A stretch of DNA of 64,000 nt from positions 1,042 to 65,041 of the forward strand of contig CAIPYV010000009.1 in NCBI GenBank assembly GCA_903869365.1, read 5' to 3'. The notes beneath the pieces are model-generated. The model did not search any database, was not told where the DNA came from, and was given only the letters and a program-made list of their open reading frames with translations. This DNA comes from an uncultured Chlorobiaceae bacterium (GTDB lineage Bacteria; Bacteroidota; Chlorobiia; Chlorobiales; Chlorobiaceae). Made by a program: the position numbers and the translations under genes. Shown here piece by piece: positions 22,495-33,520 of the stretch (position 1 is its first letter; every line of letters starts with the position of its first letter).

Positions 22495-22698
22495 ATGAAA
22501 AAGAATTTTATTGCCGGTTTTATCGTGACTCTTGCAATAACAGGCCTTTTCGGAAGCGTCTCATTTGCTGAAGACAATCAGGCTGCCGATACAAAAACAG
22601 CAGTTACAACCGAAGCAAAAGCTGATACCCCTGCAGCCGAAAAAAATGAGTCAAAAACAGATGAGTGCTGCATTATGGGCGAGTTGAAGCCTCTGTAA
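22495..22698 (+). CDS. Small exported hypothetical protein
   Basis: Sec signal MKKNFIAGFIVTLAITGLFGSVSFA; Ala/Thr/Glu-rich linker; ends DECCIMGELKPL. Confidence 0.6.
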   Translation: MKKNFIAGFIVTLAITGLFGSVSFAEDNQAADTKTAVTTEAKADTPAAEKNESKTDECCIMGELKPL

Positions 22699-22721
22699 GA
22701 AAAAAAGCTAACGCGCCATTG

Positions 22722-25667
22722 TTAATACCCAAAAACCTCTTTAAGCGTCAATTCCCTGACCGTTCCATATTGTTTCAGGGTTTCCATATCAAGATTGCTT
22801 TTTTTGCCCAGGACAAGCATGACTTGTTTTTTGTCGCAGAAATGTTTTTTATGAAAGTCTGCGATATCGTCCAGACTCATAGCAGGTACTTCGATATAGA
22901 TGTGTTTTCTAATGTCATCTCGATGTCCCATCCTGAGTGCTTCTTCATAATTGAACAAGATTTCTGTTCTTGTCAGGCGATTCGTTGATTTATCCTGCAT
23001 AATGCCTTTTTTGGCTGAAGCGAACAGTTTCGTCGATTTCGGCAGATTGGTTGTTAACTTTTTCATTCCTTCCAGTGCCTCGGGGAGCTTGTCTGCCTGG
23101 GTGCCGATATAACTGAGAATAAAGTTTGGCTTCCCTTTCTGCTTGGGAGCTTTGTAACCGGAAAAAACTGAATACGCAAGAGCTTTTGCTTCTCTCAGTT
23201 CCTGAAACACAACCGAAGACATACCTCCTCCATAATACTCATTGAAAAGAGTTACCATCGGCACCATGGAAGGGTCGTAGATCTCATCCCTTGTCAGCAT
23301 GATAACCTCTGCCTGTGTCATATCGTAATCGACAACATAGACAAAATTATCAGGCTGTTCCAATTCCTGAAAAGGGTCGGAAGTCGGCGGATTTTTGAAC
23401 GACTGGGGGTAATGACGTACTGAACGCAACTCACGAAGCACTTCTGAAGAGGAGGCTGGGCCGTAGTAGAGTACTCTATGACGATATTGCAGGAGGCTGT
23501 GAACTTCTTCAAGCAGTTCCTGAGAAGTCAATTGTTCAAGCTCTTCATTGCCAAGCACGTTGGTGAATGGAGAGATCGGGCCAAATTTGCCGTAATTGAT
23601 CAAACCCTCGAACAGGATCTTGTTTTTTGACAGTTTGTCATCGGTTCTCTCTTTTATGACACCGGCCTTGAGCTTTACAAGAGTTTCTTCATCAGGCCTG
23701 GCATCGACAAGAAGATTTTCAAGCATCCGTAGAGCTGCAGGAGCGTTTTTTCCAAGTCCTGAAAGAATTATGGAAACATTACGTTCAGAGGAAGAGACTG
23801 AAAAGCTTACACCAATTTTATAGAGTTCCTTGCTGAACTCTTCATGGGTAAGTTTTGATGTGCCAAGATAGGAAAGATAACGCAGCGCAAGATCGAGTTT
23901 CCTACTGTTGTTACTACCTATATCAAACACATAAGAGAGCGAGAAAAGCTCGTCTTCCCGATTTTGGAGGTAGTGCAGCTTTATCGATGGATTGACCTCA
24001 AGAAAGGTTATGTCCTTCTTGTAGTCAACAAAAGCAGGCTCGAGTTTGTTTGATTTCTGGGCCAGTACTTTTTCAGCAAAGAGGGATGAGGTGTCTCTAT
24101 TAACCTTCAGTGGTGTAATCGGAGGCTTTTGAATTTTTGCTTCACTCACGGCCTTTCCATTTGCTTTGTAGACGGCGACATAAGTTGAGCCATAATGTTT
24201 CCGGGCAAAAGCCACCAGTTCATTTTTTGTGATTTTCTGAAGCCGTTCAAACTGCCTGACGTGCTGCGACCAATCCATACCCGAGATATATGCATTAACA
24301 TACGCATCGACTCGTCCATGGCTCCCTTCGTAGAGTTTCTGCTGCTCGATTTTCATATCATTGATGGCCGCTTCCATCAGCCAATCCGGGAAATTTCCTT
24401 CTTGGAGAAGTTCAAGCTGTTCGAGCAGCAGGGATCTGACCTGGTCAAGAGTTTGTCCTTTCCTCGGTTTGGCGGAGAGAATATGAACGGAGTAGTCTTT
24501 CATCAATGCCAGACTTGAGGTGCCATCAAGCACCTTCTGCTGCTGATTCAGATTGAGATCAATCAGCCCTGCTGTTTTATTGTATAAAAGCTTGTCGATA
24601 AGCATCAAGTAATCGGCATCCGGGCTGTTGATGCCGTTAAAGCGATATCCGATAACAAGTTCTTCCGCTTCAGGACCTGTAATATGGATAATCGATGGCG
24701 TTGTGATAGGATCTTCCTCTGCAGGAGTGAACACAGGAATGATATTTGGCTTGAGACGTGAAAATTTTTCATCGATCAGTTGTATCGTGACATCCGGATT
24801 GAAGTCACCGGCAAGGCAGAGTGCCATGTTGTTCGGGACATACCAGGTGTGGTAGTAGTCTATAACATTTTTTATAGATGGGTTTTTCAGATGCTCCGCC
24901 TTACCGATCGTTGTCTGGGTGCCATAGGTGTGTTTTTTGAAAAGTCCGGCAAAGAGGTTTTCCCATATTTTATTCTGGTCACTGTCCATGTTTCTGTTTT
25001 TCTCTTCATAGACAGTTTCGAGCTCGGTATGAAAAAGCCTCATGACCGGATTGCGGAAACGTTCCGCCTCAATGGTCAGCCATTGATTGAGTTTGTTGGA
25101 CGGAATATCATTTAAAAAGACAGTCTGCTCCGTCCATGTGTATGCATTCGTTCCCTGGGCTCCGATCGAGTTCAGAAGCTTGTCATACTCATTTGGCACA
25201 GTAAAGCGTGCAGCACTATTGGAAATGCTATCAATATTCTTGTAGATAGCAGCTCTTTTGCGGATGTCAGAGGTCAACCGGTAGTTCTCATAGAGTGCTG
25301 TAATCTTATCGAGTTCGACGCGTTCCTTTTCATAGTCAAGAGATCCTAAGGCATCGGTACCCTTGAAAAGCATGTGCTCCAGATAGTGCGCAAGTCCGGT
25401 TGTCTCTGCCGGATCATTTTTGCTGCCAGCGCGAACAGCAATTGAAGTATAGATTCTCGGCTTGTCTTTATACGGACTCATGTAAACCGTCAGTCCATTC
25501 TTGAGGGAATAGATTCTTGTATGGAGAGAGTCGCCCGGGACTGTCGAGTATGGATAGTGCGTGACAGGGTTCTTCAAAGAACTGCAGGAGAGTAACTGCA
25601 AAAATAACATCCCGATAATCAGCTTCGTGATAAAATTGTTCCTGCATACCGGAAAATTGTTGAGCAT
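22722..25667 (-). CDS. M16 (insulinase/pitrilysin) zinc protease, probable lipoprotein; start chosen at MLNNFP (ORF extends to 25793)
   Basis: Inverted zinc motif HYLEH ([14 protein letters not shown]); NAYT; [13 protein letters not shown]; LLSC lipobox-like sequence. Confidence 0.9.
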   Translation of the reverse strand: MLNNFPVCRNNFITKLIIGMLFLQLLSCSSLKNPVTHYPYSTVPGDSLHTRIYSLKNGLTVYMSPYKDKPRIYTSIAVRAGSKNDPAETTGLAHYLEHMLFKGTDALGSLDYEKERVELDKITALYENYRLTSDIRKRAAIYKNIDSISNSAARFTVPNEYDKLLNSIGAQGTNAYTWTEQTVFLNDIPSNKLNQWLTIEAERFRNPVMRLFHTELETVYEEKNRNMDSDQNKIWENLFAGLFKKHTYGTQTTIGKAEHLKNPSIKNVIDYYHTWYVPNNMALCLAGDFNPDVTIQLIDEKFSRLKPNIIPVFTPAEEDPITTPSIIHITGPEAEELVIGYRFNGINSPDADYLMLIDKLLYNKTAGLIDLNLNQQQKVLDGTSSLALMKDYSVHILSAKPRKGQTLDQVRSLLLEQLELLQEGNFPDWLMEAAINDMKIEQQKLYEGSHGRVDAYVNAYISGMDWSQHVRQFERLQKITKNELVAFARKHYGSTYVAVYKANGKAVSEAKIQKPPITPLKVNRDTSSLFAEKVLAQKSNKLEPAFVDYKKDITFLEVNPSIKLHYLQNREDELFSLSYVFDIGSNNSRKLDLALRYLSYLGTSKLTHEEFSKELYKIGVSFSVSSSERNVSIILSGLGKNAPAALRMLENLLVDARPDEETLVKLKAGVIKERTDDKLSKNKILFEGLINYGKFGPISPFTNVLGNEELEQLTSQELLEEVHSLLQYRHRVLYYGPASSSEVLRELRSVRHYPQSFKNPPTSDPFQELEQPDNFVYVVDYDMTQAEVIMLTRDEIYDPSMVPMVTLFNEYYGGGMSSVVFQELREAKALAYSVFSGYKAPKQKGKPNFILSYIGTQADKLPEALEGMKKLTTNLPKSTKLFASAKKGIMQDKSTNRLTRTEILFNYEEALRMGHRDDIRKHIYIEVPAMSLDDIADFHKKHFCDKKQVMLVLGKKSNLDMETLKQYGTVRELTLKEVFGY

Positions 25668-25692
25668 AAAAACGGGAAATGTATTGATAATT

Positions 25693-26655
25693 TTATTCTT
25701 CCGGGGAGTGTGGAATGCGTGCCGAACGGATGAGCTCTTCGGCTTTGCGCAGTGACTGGCGGGACTCTTCAGCATCCGGACGACTATCGGCAAATTTCAC
25801 AAGATCGGCTTGAGCAAGAAGATTCATAATACTTTCAAAGCCTGCAACACCAAGCTTTTTCAGATCACGCTCAATCTCCTGCGTCACCGCCTCAAGTGCC
25901 CTGATACGGTAATGCTTTTCAAGAAAGGTGCGCATAATGTTGCTAAGTTCTTCGTAACATTCTGGCGGCGGCATTCCGGCTGAAAGCCTGGAACCGAGCT
26001 TGCGAAGCTTTCGCTGAGCAACCTGACCGGGATCTACCTTTTCAGCGCTTGTGCGTACGGAGCGTTTCAAAAGAAAAAGGAGAAGCAGCACAAATCCTGC
26101 AATACCAAACACCCCAAGAACAACGGGTAAGAGTAACAGAAGGGGAATCATTGGTTTCAAGGGTGGTTTGATCGGCCTGAGTTCCCTCATTGTAGAATCG
26201 GTAAGCGCTCTTACAAAGACAGCTCTCGACGGCTTGCAGGCCTCCCTGTTTATGACCTTGCCTTCGCTGTTGCGCAGCACCACGGTAAAGGGGGGAATAG
26301 ACTGCCGGCCTCTGCCGAAGACTGCCAGCTCAAAATCAAAACGCTCTTGACGAGTACCCGGAAATACAAGGGCAGAAACTTGTTTGCGATTGATCAGTTC
26401 AAACGGCTGCACGGAGAGGCTGTCAATGCCTTCAAGTGCGACAACAACGTCTGCCGAGTGGCGCACAGCAATGGTGCAATGGATACGGTCGCCGACAAGA
26501 ACAGTGTCTGGAGTAACCGCCACGGTTATAGCAGAAACAGCACCCTCGGCCGCATCAGGATATGCGGACACTGTCACCATCGGAAACGCCGTAAACAGCA
26601 AAAAAAGAAGCCGCTTGAGCAATCCGGATGCAACTCTGTCAAACCTTGCGTTCAC
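25693..26655 (-). CDS. Hypothetical membrane protein of MoxR/DUF58 operons (DUF4381/BatD-like)
   Basis: Signal peptide, central TM, DLVKFAD C-terminal motif; directly follows the DUF58 gene. Confidence 0.7.
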   Translation of the reverse strand: MNARFDRVASGLLKRLLFLLFTAFPMVTVSAYPDAAEGAVSAITVAVTPDTVLVGDRIHCTIAVRHSADVVVALEGIDSLSVQPFELINRKQVSALVFPGTRQERFDFELAVFGRGRQSIPPFTVVLRNSEGKVINREACKPSRAVFVRALTDSTMRELRPIKPPLKPMIPLLLLLPVVLGVFGIAGFVLLLLFLLKRSVRTSAEKVDPGQVAQRKLRKLGSRLSAGMPPPECYEELSNIMRTFLEKHYRIRALEAVTQEIERDLKKLGVAGFESIMNLLAQADLVKFADSRPDAEESRQSLRKAEELIRSARIPHSPEE

Positions 26656-27541
26656 GATACCGGAAAAAGGAGTTCAGATCACCGATAAAGGATCGGTCGG
26701 TATCGAGAAAAACGGTATCAATGCGCATGCGCCGGAGTCGCTGCCGAAGTTCTTCATGCTGCCTGGTCTGTTCCTGCCGATAACGGGCAACTTCATGGCG
26801 GCTGCCTGCATCCACTGTTATCCGTAATCCCGTTTCGGGTTCCTCAAGATCAAGCAGGGCACTCAGGGGAAGTGCTTTATCGAGCGGATCACTGATGTGC
26901 ACAAGAATAAAATCGTGACGGGAATTAAGCTGCTTCATACCTTTTTCATAATCACTGGCCACCAGATCAGTTATGAGAAAAATAATGGATTGCCTTCTGA
27001 GAGTATAGCGGATAAAGGAGAGAGCCGGATTGATATCGGTTTTTCGGCTTTGCGGCTTAAAGCGGAAAAGCTCTTCAAGAATGACCAGCACATGATCCCT
27101 CCCTTTTCGGGGCGCAATAAAGGTTTCAACCTGATCAGTAAATACAAGCAGCCCCACCTTGTCATTGTTCTGGATGGCACTGAAGGCGAGTACTGCGCTT
27201 ACTTCAAGTGCAAGCTCCTTTTTGCGGCGCTGCCGGCTGCCGAAAAGCATCGAAGCCGATCCATCAACGACAAGCAGCAGAGTTCTTTCACGCTCTTCGG
27301 TAAAAAGCTTGACATACAATTCATACTTGCGGGCAGAAGTATTCCAGTCAATCGCACGGACATCATCGCCGTACTGATACTCCCTGACATTGCTGAACTC
27401 GATCCCTTTTCCTTTGAACGAAGAGTGGTATTCGCCACTGAACTGCTCACTGGCCATTCGCTTCGATCGAATTTCAACCCGCCTTATGATTTTCTGAAGC
27501 TCTTTCAGATGATCTTCATTCCTTTCCATTACCAACTCCAC
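26639..27541 (-). CDS. DUF58-domain protein
   Basis: GEYHSSFKGKGIEFSNVREYQYGDDVRAIDWNTSAR and EERERT..VVDGSASM motifs. Confidence 0.92.
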   Translation of the reverse strand: MELVMERNEDHLKELQKIIRRVEIRSKRMASEQFSGEYHSSFKGKGIEFSNVREYQYGDDVRAIDWNTSARKYELYVKLFTEERERTLLLVVDGSASMLFGSRQRRKKELALEVSAVLAFSAIQNNDKVGLLVFTDQVETFIAPRKGRDHVLVILEELFRFKPQSRKTDINPALSFIRYTLRRQSIIFLITDLVASDYEKGMKQLNSRHDFILVHISDPLDKALPLSALLDLEEPETGLRITVDAGSRHEVARYRQEQTRQHEELRQRLRRMRIDTVFLDTDRSFIGDLNSFFRYRERKV

Positions 27542-27602
27542 TCATTGTTCTGCCTTTAACAGCTTATGCAGAGGTTTCCGACACCGCACCAAAATAAGGT
27601 TG

Positions 27603-28601
27603 TCAGGGAACCTGCACGTGCTGAAGAATCTGGCGGATTATATCATCAGGCTTAATATTGTCAGCTTCTGCTTCATATCCCGGTCTGATACGGTGCCGAA
27701 GCGTATCGTAGGCGATTGCCTTTACATCCTCAGGTGTTATGTATGCCCGGTGCTGCAGAAAGGCATGAGCCTTGGATGCAAGGAGAAGAAAAATTGAAGC
27801 CCTTGGAGAGGCTCCATACTCAATCATTGCTTCAAGAGAGGGAATACCGTACTGTGCAGGTTTTCTGCTGGCAACAACGAGATCAACGATGTAACGCTGC
27901 ACTCTCGGATCTACATAAATGAGATCAATCAAAGCTCTTGCCCTGGCAATATCGTCAGACTGCACAACCGGAACAATTGGTGCCGGCTTGGCATTAGTGG
28001 CAGACTGCAGCATGATCTCAAGCTCTTCGTCGTACGATGGATAATCAACCAGAACCTTCATCATAAACCGGTCGACCTGGGCTTCCGGCAAAACATAGGT
28101 TCCTTCATGCTCAATAGGATTCTGGGTTGCCAGCACAAGAAAGGGCTCCTGCAGGGGAAAAGTCTGTGTACCGATTGTTACCTGACGTTCCTGCATAGCT
28201 TCAAGCAATGCGGACTGCACCTTGGCAGGCGAACGGTTGATTTCATCCGCAAGGATAACATTGGCAAAAACCGGCCCTTTACGGGGGTAGAACTCCAGGT
28301 CTTTTGGATTATAAATCATCGTACCGATAAGATCTGCAGGAAGCATATCGGGAGTAAACTGTATCCGTTGAAATTTCAGGTTCATCGCTGCAGCAAATGT
28401 CCTGATGATCAGTGTTTTGGCAAGTCCCGGAACACCCTCAAGCAATACATGACCGTTTACCAGCATAGCAATAAAGATCCTCCTGATCACGTCATGCTGG
28501 CCAATAACCCGACGCGACAGCTGTTCCTCCGCCTTTTCAAGAAAATGAGATGCCTCCGTTATCCGCATTCCAAGTTCTTCAAGTTCGACTGCATGCTGCA
28601 T
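27603..28601 (-). CDS. moxR: MoxR-family AAA+ ATPase (start at MQHAVE with GGAGG SD)
   Basis: EGVPGLAKT, RIQFTPDMLPAD, LADEINRSPAKVQSALLEAMQE and ATQNPIEHEGTY motifs. Confidence 0.95.
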   Translation of the reverse strand: MQHAVELEELGMRITEASHFLEKAEEQLSRRVIGQHDVIRRIFIAMLVNGHVLLEGVPGLAKTLIIRTFAAAMNLKFQRIQFTPDMLPADLIGTMIYNPKDLEFYPRKGPVFANVILADEINRSPAKVQSALLEAMQERQVTIGTQTFPLQEPFLVLATQNPIEHEGTYVLPEAQVDRFMMKVLVDYPSYDEELEIMLQSATNAKPAPIVPVVQSDDIARARALIDLIYVDPRVQRYIVDLVVASRKPAQYGIPSLEAMIEYGASPRASIFLLLASKAHAFLQHRAYITPEDVKAIAYDTLRHRIRPGYEAEADNIKPDDIIRQILQHVQVP

Positions 28602-28665
28602 TGCGCCTCCTGATATAATGCTTGTTAAGTAACGCCTTTCCTTGTATCCTCTTGCAGCACAATCT

Positions 28666-28893
28666 TTACAGCTTTTTGTACAGACCATTAAAGCCATAAA
28701 CGAGCATGATAAGACCACCTATCACCGCCGACCATGCATAGAGATCGGGGAAAACAAGAATACTGTTAAGAATACCAAAATCGGGGGCAAGAAGAAGAAT
28801 CAAGTCGGCGCCAAGCAGTATCACAAGAACATGAAATACGCTTACCTTGACCTTCGGTTTGCTATTATTGACCGGTTTGTTAGCTTTGCCCAT
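28666..28893 (-). CDS. Small two-TM membrane protein
   Basis: Basic N-terminus followed by two hydrophobic helices; upstream of moxR on the same strand. Confidence 0.6.
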   Translation of the reverse strand: MGKANKPVNNSKPKVKVSVFHVLVILLGADLILLLAPDFGILNSILVFPDLYAWSAVIGGLIMLVYGFNGLYKKL

Positions 28894-28917
28894 AGCTTCT
28901 TTACAATAAATTAGACC

Positions 28918-29970
28918 ATGAATATTTTAGGCATAGAAACCAGCTGTGACGAAACATCGGCAGCTGTACTGCACGACGGCAGGGTGCGATCGAATATCGT
29001 CAGTTCACAGCGTTGTCATTCCGCCTTTGGTGGTGTTGTACCGGAACTGGCTTCAAGAGAACACGAACGACTTATTGTCTCCATTACGGATTCTGCCGTA
29101 ACTGAAGCCAATATAACAAAAATTGAACTTGATGTCATAGCGGCTACTGCAGGGCCCGGTCTTATCGGTGCCGTCATGGTGGGTCTTTGTTTCGCCCAAG
29201 GCATGGCGTATGCGCTTGAAATACCTTTTGTACCGGTCAATCATATTGAGGCGCATATATTTTCACCCTTTATCAATGAGGGTGACTCTCATCACGCCCC
29301 TGAGGGATCATTTGTCTCTCTGACGGTTTCCGGAGGACATACCCTGCTGAGTGTAGTGGATCAGGATCTTTCCTACGAAGTCATTGGCCGGACACTTGAT
29401 GATGCCGCGGGAGAGGCTTTTGACAAAACAGGAAAGATGCTTGGTCTTCCCTATCCGGCAGGCCCGGTCATCGATAAGCTTGCAGAAAAAGGAGATCCTG
29501 CTTTCCACAAGTTTCCCCGTGCGCTTACCTCACAATCCCAGACAAGCAAAAGCTACATAGACAATTTTGATTTCAGCTTTTCCGGCCTGAAAACCTCAGT
29601 GCTCACCTGGCTGCAAAAGCAAACACCAGAGTTCATAGAACTCCATCTTTCCGATATTGCCGCATCAATCCAATGGGCCATCGTCAGCGTGCTGGTTGAA
29701 AAAACCATGTTGGCCGCCAGAAGCCGTGGTATTAAAAGCGTTTCAATAGCGGGGGGAGTCAGTGCCAACTCAGCACTTAGAAAAGCTATGAAAGAGGAAT
29801 GCGACAACAATGGTGTCACCCTGCATATCCCAGGCACCGTTTACTCTACCGACAATGCCGCCATGATCGCCACGCTTGCAGGGGTAAAACTGTCGCGAGG
29901 CATGAAAGCTGAACGTTTATATAACATAGCACCTTACGCAAGCTTTGCTGCAGGTGCAAGGAAGGCATGA
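28918..29970 (+). CDS. tsaD: tRNA N6-threonylcarbamoyltransferase TsaD
   Basis: [36 protein letters not shown] and TDNAAMIA motifs. Confidence 0.98.
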   Translation: MNILGIETSCDETSAAVLHDGRVRSNIVSSQRCHSAFGGVVPELASREHERLIVSITDSAVTEANITKIELDVIAATAGPGLIGAVMVGLCFAQGMAYALEIPFVPVNHIEAHIFSPFINEGDSHHAPEGSFVSLTVSGGHTLLSVVDQDLSYEVIGRTLDDAAGEAFDKTGKMLGLPYPAGPVIDKLAEKGDPAFHKFPRALTSQSQTSKSYIDNFDFSFSGLKTSVLTWLQKQTPEFIELHLSDIAASIQWAIVSVLVEKTMLAARSRGIKSVSIAGGVSANSALRKAMKEECDNNGVTLHIPGTVYSTDNAAMIATLAGVKLSRGMKAERLYNIAPYASFAAGARKA

Positions 29971-30053
29971 TTGAAATAGTTCTATAAATACATTACATTG
30001 TTGATCATCAAAAAAAGCTTTTCGATTTTTTTTATAAATATCACCAGGCTACC

Positions 30054-30407
30054 ATGCATAACCATATACTCTCTCTGTTCCTTTTCTCACCTTCTGCAGG
30101 AGGCCAGACACCGAACCAATTCATTCAGCTTGTACCGCTTGTCCTTATCTTCGTTGTCTTTTACTTCTTTATGATCCGCCCGCAGCAGAAAAAACAAAAA
30201 GATAGAGAGAAAGTTCTCGACAGCTTAAAAAGAGGTGACAAGGTCATCACCATAGGTGGTGTACACGGCACTGTTGCTGGAATCGATCCAGACAAAAAGA
30301 CTGTTCTTGTTCAGGTCTCTGATACCACAAAAATCAAATTCGACCGCACCGCTATTGCAAATATCGATAAACAGGAATCGGGCGATAAACTCACGACCAA
30401 GGAGTGA
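30054..30407 (+). CDS. yajC: Preprotein translocase subunit YajC
   Basis: [11 protein letters not shown]...[15 protein letters not shown] motif. Confidence 0.95.
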   Translation: MHNHILSLFLFSPSAGGQTPNQFIQLVPLVLIFVVFYFFMIRPQQKKQKDREKVLDSLKRGDKVITIGGVHGTVAGIDPDKKTVLVQVSDTTKIKFDRTAIANIDKQESGDKLTTKE

Positions 30408-30415
30408 CCAGTATA

Positions 30416-31525
30416 ATGCAGCCAAGATCAGCAAAATTGGTATTAGAAAACGGATCCGTCTATAATGGGACAGCGTTCGGCCATATTGGGGAAGCAACCG
30501 GTGAAGTTGTTTTCAATACTTCGCTCACCGGTTATCAGGAAATTCTTACCGACCCGTCGTATGCCGGTCAGATGGTGTTGATGACCTATCCGCTGATAGG
30601 AAACTACGGTATCAATCCTGCCGATAATGAATCAAAAAAGATATGGGCTTCGGCATTTATAGTCCGTGAAGTATCGCGAATCTACAGCAACTACGAAGCT
30701 AACCAGACGCTTGACGCTTGCCTAAACGAGGCCGGAGTCATGGGACTGGCCGGAATTGATACCCGCAAACTTGTTCGAGAGATCCGCGAAAAAGGTGCCA
30801 TGAGAGGCATCATTTCCGCACTTGACGCAAACGATGAAAGCCTGGAAACGAAAGCTCTTCAGATACCTGAGATGAGTGGCAGTGATCTGGTTAAAACCGT
30901 TACCGTCAGTGAAAACTATACCCTTGAGAAAGCCGATGCCCGTTTCCATGTCGCAGCGTTTGATTACGGCATCAAAACCAATATTTTGAGGATGCTGCAG
31001 GAATCAGGTTGTCAGGTTACCGTGCTGAAGGCAGACACAACCGCAGAAGAGGTCATTAAGCTCAATCCTGACGGTGTATTTCTGTCAAATGGGCCGGGCG
31101 ACCCTTCAGCTGTAGGTTATGCAATCGAGACCATCAGAAAACTTGTAGAGTATAACCGTACGGACAGACAACTCCCGATTTTCGGTATCTGCCTTGGGCA
31201 CCAGTTGCTCTCACTGGCTTTCGGTGCTGAAACCTACAAACTGAAATTCGGCCACCACGGAAGCAACCATCCGGTAAAAAACCTTACAAGCAAGCAGATT
31301 GAAATAACATCCCAGAACCACGGCTTTGCGGTTACTATGGAGACACTGCCAGACTGTCTTGAAATGACTCATCTTAACCTCTACGATAATACCGTTGAAG
31401 GTATCAAACACAAGGAGCTGCCTTGTTTTTCAGTACAGTACCACCCGGAAGCCGCGCCGGGACCGCACGACTCGCACTATTTGTTTGAACAGTTCACCGC
31501 GCTTATGGATCAGGCGAAAAACTAA
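30416..31525 (+). CDS. carA: Carbamoyl-phosphate synthase small subunit (start ATG 30416; GTG 30404 is an alternative)
   Basis: [37 protein letters not shown] and [10 protein letters not shown] motifs. Confidence 0.98.
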   Translation: MQPRSAKLVLENGSVYNGTAFGHIGEATGEVVFNTSLTGYQEILTDPSYAGQMVLMTYPLIGNYGINPADNESKKIWASAFIVREVSRIYSNYEANQTLDACLNEAGVMGLAGIDTRKLVREIREKGAMRGIISALDANDESLETKALQIPEMSGSDLVKTVTVSENYTLEKADARFHVAAFDYGIKTNILRMLQESGCQVTVLKADTTAEEVIKLNPDGVFLSNGPGDPSAVGYAIETIRKLVEYNRTDRQLPIFGICLGHQLLSLAFGAETYKLKFGHHGSNHPVKNLTSKQIEITSQNHGFAVTMETLPDCLEMTHLNLYDNTVEGIKHKELPCFSVQYHPEAAPGPHDSHYLFEQFTALMDQAKN

Positions 31526-31569
31526 TTTCATAGTATCTCTTTAATCTATTCAAACCACTTTCTGAAGAG

Positions 31570-32709
31570 ATGAAAAAAAGATTATTCACCCCAGGACCAA
31601 CACCTGTGCCCGAAAATGTCATGCTTCGCATGGCAGCTCCGATTATCCACCACAGGAACCCCGAGTTCATGGAAATTTTGACACGGGTTCATGAGGATCT
31701 TAAGTATCTCTTCAGAACCACACAACCGGTTGTTGTCCTCAGTTGTTCGGGAACCGGCGGTATGGAAGCATCAATTTCAAGCATTTTCAAACAGGGCGAC
31801 AAGATCATAACCATCAACGCCGGCAAGTTCGGTGAACGTTGGGGAGAACTTGCAAGACTCTTTACCGGTAACTGCATCGAGGAAAAAGTAGCATGGGGAA
31901 GTGCGATTCAACCCGAGCGGTTGATAGAACTGCTCAAAGAGCATCCGGACGCCAAGGGAGTCTGCCTGACCCATTCGGAAACATCAACCGGCACTGCTGC
32001 CGATATACAGACACTCAGTGCCCTGATTCGTGAACACTCCGAGGCTCTTGTGCTTGTTGACGGTATTACTGCTGTTGGAGCTCACGAGTTCCATTTCGAT
32101 GACTGGGGTGTCGATATCTGTATTACCGGTTCTCAGAAAGGATTGATGATGCCTCCGGGACTTGCTCTGGTTGCCATTTCAGAAAGAGCTCAGGATGTCA
32201 TTAATGGCCAGAGCGGCAAAACTCAGTACTACCTGAGTCTTAAAAAAGCTCTGAAAGCCCATGCCGGTGATGATACACCCTTCACACCAGCTGTTTCACT
32301 GGTTATCGGCCTTGATGAAGCCCTGCAAATGATAAAGGAGGAAGGTATTGAAAATATCTGGAAACGACATGAAAGCCTGGCAAGTGCCTGCCGCCAAGGG
32401 TGTAACGCTCTTGGTATGAAGCTGTTCAGCAACTCCCCTTCATTTGCGGTTACTCCGGTCTGGCTTCCCGAAGGTGTCAAATGGTCAGCATTCAATAAAG
32501 CATTGAAAATCAACAACGGCATCACCGTCGCCGCGGGTCAGGATGAGTATAAAGACAAGATTTTCCGTATTGCTCATCTCGGTTTTTACGATGAACTTGA
32601 CATGCTGACGGTAATCGGAGGGCTGGAACGGGCTTTGAAAGAGATCAACTTTGATTTTGAAATTGGAGTTGGCGTCAGCGCCGTACAGAAAGCATTTCTC
32701 GGCAACTGA
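31570..32709 (+). CDS. Class V PLP aminotransferase (alanine-glyoxylate/serine-pyruvate type)
   Basis: LFTPGPTP, HSETSTG, LVDGIT and GSQKGLMMPPG (PLP Lys) motifs. Confidence 0.9.
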   Translation: MKKRLFTPGPTPVPENVMLRMAAPIIHHRNPEFMEILTRVHEDLKYLFRTTQPVVVLSCSGTGGMEASISSIFKQGDKIITINAGKFGERWGELARLFTGNCIEEKVAWGSAIQPERLIELLKEHPDAKGVCLTHSETSTGTAADIQTLSALIREHSEALVLVDGITAVGAHEFHFDDWGVDICITGSQKGLMMPPGLALVAISERAQDVINGQSGKTQYYLSLKKALKAHAGDDTPFTPAVSLVIGLDEALQMIKEEGIENIWKRHESLASACRQGCNALGMKLFSNSPSFAVTPVWLPEGVKWSAFNKALKINNGITVAAGQDEYKDKIFRIAHLGFYDELDMLTVIGGLERALKEINFDFEIGVGVSAVQKAFLGN

Positions 32710-32737
32710 ATCGGGAAAACGCCTGCATATTGAACCT

Positions 32738-32761
32738 ACCGCCCTTCGGGGCGGTTTTTTT
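32738..32761 (+). terminator. Rho-independent terminator ending the tsaD-yajC-carA-aminotransferase run
   Basis: ACCGCCC-TTCG-GGGCGGT followed by a T tract. Confidence 0.9.
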
Positions 32762-32848
32762 ATGCACCACGAACTCTCTTGTGTACAGCATTTTTTCTCC
32801 TTCTGACTTTGAGTTCATGTTCCTATCTTTCAAAAAAGTACTTGTGTT

Positions 32849-33517
32849 ATGATCAAACTACCTGCACTTCTGCTTATTATCACCTTAGTAGCTTCCATGC
32901 AGGAGATGCTGCGAGATTACCGTCTGCAACTGCGAGCCAATACCCTTTATGAAAAGCACGAATACAGCCTCGCAGAAAGTACGTTACGACAACTTTTGAG
33001 CAGCCTTCCTGAAGGGGAAAAAACGACAGCAGCGACCTTCAATCTTGCCTGTACCCTTTACATGCAAGGCAAATATGCTGATGCTACGGCTATGTTTGCA
33101 CACAAACCCAAAAAGGCAAATGAACTTCATGAGATAACATTGAAATCCCTTTTCAACGAAGGCAACTCACTGGCCATGAGTGCCATTGGAATGACGGTGA
33201 AATCCAGTAAAACAGCGCTGTTCCGATACTCTCTCGAGCGCTTCAAATCAGTGCTGTTGAACACCCCTAATGACGGCGATGCAAAAATCAATTACGAAAT
33301 TGTCAGACGTTACCTCTATGAGCTTGAGACACCTCAACGCGCCTCTTCATCAAGCTCCGAAAAAAAAAACAACCCCCAGCCGAACTCCGGCATCAGTCAA
33401 GCTTTAGCAAAACGTTTGCTTGAACATGTACAACAGGATGAATCCTCACTGATGAAACAACTTCCCCGGAACAGATCAACAGCGGCAAAAAGCGGCAGTA
33501 ATAACAGAGACTGGTAA
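32849..33517 (+). CDS. TPR protein, BatC-like
   Basis: TPR helices (FNLACTLYMQGKY, LFNEGNSL); D.DAKINYE motif; ends ...NNRDW like BatC. Confidence 0.65.
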   Translation: MIKLPALLLIITLVASMQEMLRDYRLQLRANTLYEKHEYSLAESTLRQLLSSLPEGEKTTAATFNLACTLYMQGKYADATAMFAHKPKKANELHEITLKSLFNEGNSLAMSAIGMTVKSSKTALFRYSLERFKSVLLNTPNDGDAKINYEIVRRYLYELETPQRASSSSSEKKNNPQPNSGISQALAKRLLEHVQQDESSLMKQLPRNRSTAAKSGSNNRDW

Positions 33518-33520
33518 AGA

